Shown here: positions 17,376 to 22,562 of the stretch, in pieces
How the letters are laid out: each line of letters starts with the position of its first letter
Numbering within the stretch: the first letter of the stretch is position 1
Assembly: GCA_031441465.1 (NCBI GenBank)
Contig: JANOEP010000043.1
Span: forward strand, 1-22,562
Reading direction: 5' to 3'
Source: a bacterium
GTDB taxonomy: Bacteria; Krumholzibacteriota; Krumholzibacteriia; LZORAL124-64-63
DNA length: 22,562 nt
Made by a program: the position numbers and the translations under genes
The notes under the pieces: generated by a model
Database searches by the model: none
Told to the model about the DNA's origin: nothing
What the model saw: only the letters and a program-made list of their open reading frames with translations

Positions 17376-17476
17376 GTCTGTGGTCCTTTCCCGAGGGTTA
17401 CTGCGAGACGTGTCAAGTTAGGACTCGCAACGATTAGAGTGGAAAGGAAACGACGTATCCGACTGGCGGGGAGTTC

Positions 17477-17505
17477 ATTGTAACATGCGGCTCGGATTTC
17501 CCCAA
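17477..17505 (-). promoter_or_regulatory. Putative extended -10 promoter for the protease gene(s)
   Basis: Minus strand TTGGGG-N17-TACAAT with TGn immediately before the -10, in an AT-rich divergent intergenic region. Confidence 0.5.
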
Positions 17506-17615
17506 CGATAAATGACATTCGATCAGCAATCATCGCACCTTAAATCAAGATTTATCGAATCCCCATTGAGATGATTTTGGATATCACTGCCGGCAAGCTG
17601 TCGCCTACCATCACG

Positions 17616-17644
17616 TTGACGAACACCTGCCCAACTCGTAAGAT
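17616..17644 (+). promoter_or_regulatory. Putative sigma70 promoter for the PEGA/Omp28/TlpA operon
   Basis: TTGACG-N17-TAAGAT, 45 nt upstream of ATG 17690. Confidence 0.6.
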
Positions 17645-17689
17645 GATCAACAGTCAACTTCCGCCAACCGCTCAACGACGGGACGCCCC

Positions 17690-19372
17690 ATGGCTCAGCG
17701 ATTCCGCCCGGCCATCGTTTTGGTAGCGTTGCTCACCCTGGGCCTCTGCCTGTCCTGCGGGCGCGAGGCGCCGGTCGGCGAGCTTCGGGTGACCTCCACA
17801 CCCGCCGGCGCCACCGTGCTCGTCGACGACGCCGCGACCGGCGAGACGACGCCCGCCTCCCTGCTGCTGGGCGTCGGCCCGCACCGGGTCGCCGTCGGGC
17901 TGGCGGGCCACCTGGTCACGCCGGCGACCCGCGATGTCGCGGTGACCGCGGGCGTGCTCACGAACGCCGACTTCGCGCTGGCCGCCCTCGGCACGCTGAC
18001 GGTGACGTCGGACCCGGTGGGCGCCGCGATCCTGGTCGACGGAATCGACACCGGATTCACGACGCCGCACGACTTCGAGATCGTGGCCGGCGACCACACC
18101 CTGGAACTCCGGCTGGCCGGCTACGCCGATCCCCTGGAGACCCGGCTGGTGGCCGTGCCGGTCGGCGCCGTTGCGACGCTCGAGGTGACGCTGCTGCCCG
18201 CCGGCGGCCTGGAGGTCGTCTCGACCCCGGCCGGCGCCGCCATCCTCCTGGACGGCGCTCCCACCGGCCGGATCACGCCCTGGCTCTTCAACCTGCCCGT
18301 CGGGGAGCATGTCGTGCGCGTGGCGCGCGACCAGTTCCTGGTCGAGCCCGACGCGATCACGGTCACCGTCGCCTCCGGCTCGACCGTCACCGCCGAGTTC
18401 GCGCTGACCGCCGTCGGCGACACCGGCACGCTGGAGGTCACCTCGATGCCCCCGGGCGCCGAGGTGTGGCTGGACGGCGTGGCGACCGGCGAGGTCACCC
18501 CCTTCACGTTCACGCGACCGGCGGCTAGCATCGAGGTGACGGTCGCGCTGGCCGGCTTCCGACCGCCCGCGTCGCTGGTCCGCACCGTGACGCCCGGCGG
18601 CGCCTTCACCGCCGACTTCACGCTGACCGCCCGCAAGCTGGTGCTGTTCGAGACGGCCTCGGCCGTCAACTGCGAAGGCTGCCCGGCCATGAACACCCTG
18701 CTGAACAACCTCGAGACGATCGGCGGCTACGGGCACGACCGCGTGGTGAGCATCAAGTACAGCGAGCCCATCGGCGGCTTCGACCCGCACTACGGCGCCA
18801 ACCCCGGCGACAACATGGGCCGCCTGTCCTACTACCAGGGCAACACGGCCTGGGACTGGGCCTGCCCGACCCTGTTCTTCGAGGGCGACCTCGTGGTCGA
18901 ACCTCACGGCTACCCCGGCTACGGCGAGATGGTGAGCCTGTTCGACGCGGCCCTCGCCGAGGATCCCGGCTTCGCCGTGGTGGTCGAAGTGGCCGACTTC
19001 CACGCGCCCACCCTCGAGCTGACCGTCACCGTGACGGCCGCGCGCGCCGTCGCGACGCCGCAGCCCCAGCTCCACCTGGCGATCGTGGAGAACCCCGTGG
19101 TCTACGGCACGCCGCCGGGCAGCTACGGTGAGACGGTCTTCCACTGGGTCATGCGCGAGTTCACGACGCTGACACCGGCACCGCTGCCACTGGCGGCCGG
19201 CGAATCGCGGGTCTACACGACCTCGATCACCGCCGCCCCGGCCTGGGTCGCCGCCAACCTGGCCGCGATCGCCTTCGTCCAGGACGAGGCCTCGCTCGAG
19301 ATCCTGCAGGCCGGCGCCGCTTTCGCCGGCACGGCACGGCTGCGGCCGACCACCGGGAGGGCACACCCTTGA
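17690..19372 (+). CDS. Lipoprotein with 4 PEGA domains and a C-terminal Omp28-like (CxxC thioredoxin-like + Ig-like) region
   Basis: Lipobox-like LCLSC; four G.L.V.S.P.GA.V.vDG...G..TP repeats; KLVLFETASAVNCEGCP; FHWVMR; IAFVQD....EILQA. Confidence 0.85.
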   Translation: MAQRFRPAIVLVALLTLGLCLSCGREAPVGELRVTSTPAGATVLVDDAATGETTPASLLLGVGPHRVAVGLAGHLVTPATRDVAVTAGVLTNADFALAALGTLTVTSDPVGAAILVDGIDTGFTTPHDFEIVAGDHTLELRLAGYADPLETRLVAVPVGAVATLEVTLLPAGGLEVVSTPAGAAILLDGAPTGRITPWLFNLPVGEHVVRVARDQFLVEPDAITVTVASGSTVTAEFALTAVGDTGTLEVTSMPPGAEVWLDGVATGEVTPFTFTRPAASIEVTVALAGFRPPASLVRTVTPGGAFTADFTLTARKLVLFETASAVNCEGCPAMNTLLNNLETIGGYGHDRVVSIKYSEPIGGFDPHYGANPGDNMGRLSYYQGNTAWDWACPTLFFEGDLVVEPHGYPGYGEMVSLFDAALAEDPGFAVVVEVADFHAPTLELTVTVTAARAVATPQPQLHLAIVENPVVYGTPPGSYGETVFHWVMREFTTLTPAPLPLAAGESRVYTTSITAAPAWVAANLAAIAFVQDEASLEILQAGAAFAGTARLRPTTGRAHP

Positions 19373-21432
19373 AACGCACCGCGTCCGTCACCGCTCTGTT
19401 CGCCCTCGCCCTCGTCTTCGTCGCGGCGGCGGCGGCCCATCCGATTCCCCGGACGGTCCTGTTGGAGACCTTCACCAACGTCAGCTGCGCCGGCTGCGCC
19501 GTGGCCAATCCCGTCACGGCCGGAGCCATGACTGAGCACGGGCGGCACGAGCTGCTCAACGTGCAGTACCACGTCAACTGGCCGCAGCCCGCCGACCCCT
19601 TCTACCTCGTGGCGCCCGCGGAGATCTGGGGCCGCGTCCAGGCCTACGGTTTCCAGAACGTGCCGGAACTCTTCACCAACGGCGCGAACACGCCGCCGCC
19701 CGGGGACGCCGGCGCGCTGGCCGCCGCGGTCGACGTCGCGCGCGACCGCCTGTCGCCCCTGCGCGTGGTCGTGGCCTCGCAGTGGAGCGGCACGACCCAG
19801 GTGACGGCCACCGTGGGCGTCAAGGCCGTGGCCGCGCCGCCGGCCGGCGCCCTGAAGCTGCGCGTGGCGGTGGTCGACGAGCTGGAGACCTTCGCCTCGC
19901 CGCCGGGAGACAACGGCGAGGCGGAGTTCCACTGGTCCCTGCGCGACCTGGCCCCGACCGACGCGGGCACGTCCTTCACCATCCAGCAGGGCGACTCGCT
20001 GATCTTCCAGCTGCCCATCGCCGTCAACCCGTCGTGGTACGACACCGACCTGCGCCTGGTCGCCTGGGTGCAGGACGACGCCACCCTGGAGGTCCTGCAG
20101 GCCGGCAGCGACCTGCCGCGCAGCAGCTACGCCGCGGCCTACTACTCCGACCGCTACGCCACCGTGTCCCCGGTCAACGTGCTGATCCGGATGGACGGCT
20201 GGCTCGACAACCTCGGCCTGCAGTCCGACACCTACGACATCCACCTGGAGGCTTCGACGCCCGGCTGGGCCGTCTCGGCCTGCGTGGGCAGCACCTGCTA
20301 CCCGCCCTGGGTGACGGACGTCACCGCGACCCTGGCCGCCGGTATCGAGCAGCACATCGGCGTGAACGTGCTGCCGTCGACCGCCGGGGCGACCGGCGAG
20401 ATCACCGTCACCGTCACCAGCCGCGGCGACCGCAGCATCACGTTCGACCGCACGTTCCGCGTGATCACGCCGGGCACGGCGGTCCTGGTCGTCGACGGCG
20501 ACCCGGCGCACCCCTACCTGCCCTACTTCACGACGGCGGTCGGATCCGCCGGCCGCACCTGGACCGCCTGGGACCGCGCCGCGTACGGCCTGCCCACCGC
20601 CGCCGACCTCGCCGGGTTCGACGTCGTGGTCTGGAACGCCGGCCTGGCCGTGCCCGCCCTGCCGGCCGCGGAACGCGCCCTGCTCGAGGCCCACCTCGAC
20701 GCCGGCGGCGAGCTGCTGCTCTCGGGGCAGGATCTCGCCTTCGACCTCTGCGATCCCGGCAGCCCCAACGGCGGCCCGGCGGCGCAGGCCTGGTACGAGG
20801 CGGCCACCGGCGCCTCCTTCGTCGCCGACGACTCGTACGACACTTCCCTGAGCGGAGCCGCCGGTGATCCCATCGGCGACGGCCTGACCTTCGCCATCGC
20901 CGGCGGGGACGGCGCCGGCAACCAGGGCTACCCGGACGAGCTGGCCGCGGCGCCGAACGCGCGCGCCTGCCTGCTCTACGCACCCGGCCGAGCCGCCGCC
21001 GTGCGCTTCGGCCGCGACGACGCCCGCGTCGTGACCCTGGGCTTCGGCTTCGAGGGCGTCGACACCGCCGCCCATCGCGCCACGCTGATGGACCGGATCC
21101 TGGACTGGCTCCAGGACACCACGGTCGCCGCACCGCCGGTGCCGGCGGCCGCGACGCTCACGTTGACAGGGGCGCACCCGAACCCCTTCAACCCGGCCAC
21201 GAGCGTGCGCTTCGAGCTGGATGGCGACGGCGCCCCCGTGGCCGTGGACATCCTCGATCTGGATGGTCGCCGGGTGCGCAACCTCTGGACGGGACCGTTG
21301 GGGTCCGGCGCCCACGCCCTGACCTGGGACGGCCGCGACGACCGCGGCATCCCGGTCGCGGGCGGGGTGTACCTGGCCGTCGTGCGGGCGGCGGGCGCCG
21401 TGGACTCGATCAAGCTGACCCTCGTCAAGTGA
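19369..21432 (+). CDS. Secreted Omp28-related protein (CxxC) with an alpha/beta accessory domain and FlgD-Ig/T9SS-like C-terminal domain
   Basis: TTG start overlaps the upstream TGA, with GGAGG upstream; signal peptide; RTVLLETFTNVSCAGC, QYHVNWP...DPFY, VAWVQD....EVLQA; C-terminal HPNPFNP...WDGRDDRG...GGVYL...KLTLVK. Confidence 0.85.
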   Translation: MKRTASVTALFALALVFVAAAAAHPIPRTVLLETFTNVSCAGCAVANPVTAGAMTEHGRHELLNVQYHVNWPQPADPFYLVAPAEIWGRVQAYGFQNVPELFTNGANTPPPGDAGALAAAVDVARDRLSPLRVVVASQWSGTTQVTATVGVKAVAAPPAGALKLRVAVVDELETFASPPGDNGEAEFHWSLRDLAPTDAGTSFTIQQGDSLIFQLPIAVNPSWYDTDLRLVAWVQDDATLEVLQAGSDLPRSSYAAAYYSDRYATVSPVNVLIRMDGWLDNLGLQSDTYDIHLEASTPGWAVSACVGSTCYPPWVTDVTATLAAGIEQHIGVNVLPSTAGATGEITVTVTSRGDRSITFDRTFRVITPGTAVLVVDGDPAHPYLPYFTTAVGSAGRTWTAWDRAAYGLPTAADLAGFDVVVWNAGLAVPALPAAERALLEAHLDAGGELLLSGQDLAFDLCDPGSPNGGPAAQAWYEAATGASFVADDSYDTSLSGAAGDPIGDGLTFAIAGGDGAGNQGYPDELAAAPNARACLLYAPGRAAAVRFGRDDARVVTLGFGFEGVDTAAHRATLMDRILDWLQDTTVAAPPVPAAATLTLTGAHPNPFNPATSVRFELDGDGAPVAVDILDLDGRRVRNLWTGPLGSGAHALTWDGRDDRGIPVAGGVYLAVVRAAGAVDSIKLTLVK

Positions 21433-21515
21433 CGGGCACGGACCGTTCACGAAGCAGTACCCCGGCCGGTGACACCCTCCGGCTTCGCCGGCATCCCCAC
21501 GAAGGGAATCCCACG

Positions 21516-22562
21516 ATGGCCCTGCGCGCAGTGTTGCGTTCGCGGCCGGCGCTTCGGCTGCCGGCCAGGCTCGTGTCCGCCGCCCTGACGGCGGTCCTCC
21601 TCGCCCCAACCTTCGCCGTCGGCGCCGACCACGCCGTCCCCGACTGGACGCTCGACGACGTGCGGGGCCGGCCGGTGAACTTCCACGACGCGCTCGACCG
21701 CGGCCCCGTGCTGGTCTCCTTCTGGGCGCTGTGGTGCGGGCCGTGCCTGAAGGAGCAGGTCCACCTCGCGAAGCTCGCGACCGAGACGCGCGGGAAACTG
21801 ACCGTGCTGGCGGTCAACGTCGACTCCCCGCGCAGCGTCCACAAGGTGGCGCCGTGGGCGGCGGCCCAGAACAACGACGACGTCGTCGTCCTGCTGGACA
21901 CCGCCGGCGACGTCCAACGCACCATGCAGGTCGGCGGCACGATGCCCATGACGATGCTGTTCGACGCCGGCGGGCGCGAGGTCTACCGCCACACGGGCTA
22001 CGATGCGGGCGACGAGGTCCAGCTGCGCGAGGAAGTGTGGCGCCTGCTGGGTCGGGAAGTCGCCGCCGCCGCCGGCACGGCCGCCCTGGACGCGGCCGCC
22101 GCCGACTCGGCCTGCTGCGACGTCGCGGCGACCGGAGAGCGGGCGGGCGCGGGTACGCTCCAGGTCAGCAACCGCCTGGAATACTCCTACAGCACCGAGA
22201 CCGAGCGCGAGATCGTCGAGAACTGGCTGGACGTGGCCGCCACCCGCGGCCGACTGACCGTGGGCGCGCTGCTGGACGCCCGCCAGCCGGCGGAGGAGGG
22301 GGACCGCGGCAACGAGCTGCGCCACCGGTACGCCCAGTACCGGGGCGAGGGCGTCGAGGTGCGGGCCGGCCACTTCTACGGGATGTTCGGGCGCGGGCTG
22401 CTGTTCGCCGCCCAGGAGGACCGCACGCTGCGCATCGACACGGCGCTCGACGGCCTGCTGGTCCGCCTGCGCGGCGACCGTTGGCGTGCCGCCACCTTCA
22501 CCGGCGCCCCGCGCGCCCTCGACCTGGACGTGCGCGGCCTCGACGTCGAAGCCGACCCGTTG
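21516..22562 (+). CDS. TlpA/ResA-like thioredoxin fused to a probable outer-membrane beta-barrel (DUF6029-like); 3'-partial
   Basis: Absent from the ORF track because it has no stop in the window. My translation: MALRAVLRS...PDWTLDDVRG...PVLVSFWALWCGPCLKE...VLAVNVD...RHTGYDAGDE, an Ala-rich linker, then NRLEYSY...ENWLDV...VRAGHFYGMFGRGLLF...EDRTLRIDTALDG. GAAGGGA lies upstream. An in-frame GTG at 21429 is an alternative start. Confidence 0.85.
   Translation, partial: MALRAVLRSRPALRLPARLVSAALTAVLLAPTFAVGADHAVPDWTLDDVRGRPVNFHDALDRGPVLVSFWALWCGPCLKEQVHLAKLATETRGKLTVLAVNVDSPRSVHKVAPWAAAQNNDDVVVLLDTAGDVQRTMQVGGTMPMTMLFDAGGREVYRHTGYDAGDEVQLREEVWRLLGREVAAAAGTAALDAAAADSACCDVAATGERAGAGTLQVSNRLEYSYSTETEREIVENWLDVAATRGRLTVGALLDARQPAEEGDRGNELRHRYAQYRGEGVEVRAGHFYGMFGRGLLFAAQEDRTLRIDTALDGLLVRLRGDRWRAATFTGAPRALDLDVRGLDVEADPL

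Noticed and set aside
17672..22373. Long - strand ORFs 17672-19366, 19213-21609 and 21447-22373
   Set aside because: Antisense shadows of the PEGA, Omp28-like and TlpA genes.
1..22562. CRISPR array, rRNA, or selenocysteine recoding in the CxxC proteins
   Set aside because: No regularly spaced repeat-spacer array or rRNA-like sequence was seen, and all CxxC motifs use ordinary Cys codons.

Overview
The window has two parts. Part 1 (about 1-9730) looks like an accessory island of mixed base composition. It holds a type III restriction Res-like helicase-nuclease, a Lys/Ala-rich coiled-coil + winged-helix protein, and three visibly AT-richer minus-strand genes (HEPN-like protein, multi-TM membrane protein, membrane-anchored P-loop kinase). 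Next to these is a tyrosine recombinase + IS91-type HUH/Y2 transposase unit bracketed by inverted ends, and the part closes at a degenerate 3' fragment of tRNA-Asn. Part 2 (about 9800-22562) is uniformly very GC-rich and encodes exported proteins: an M14 carboxypeptidase and a Lys-gingipain-like C25 protease, divergent from a PEGA/Omp28 lipoprotein, an Omp28-like protein and a TlpA thioredoxin fused to a probable beta-barrel that runs off the window. Three of these carry FlgD-Ig/T9SS-like C-termini, suggesting an FCB-group bacterium (inference). The most intriguing signal is a CACATCAA...hairpin...TAT(C/G)TAGC site at the element's left end that recurs between two adjacent AT-rich genes and, partly and inverted, at the right end. 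This suggests an integron-like cassette system run by the recombinase/IS91 unit. All family calls come from reading motifs by eye; no searches were run.
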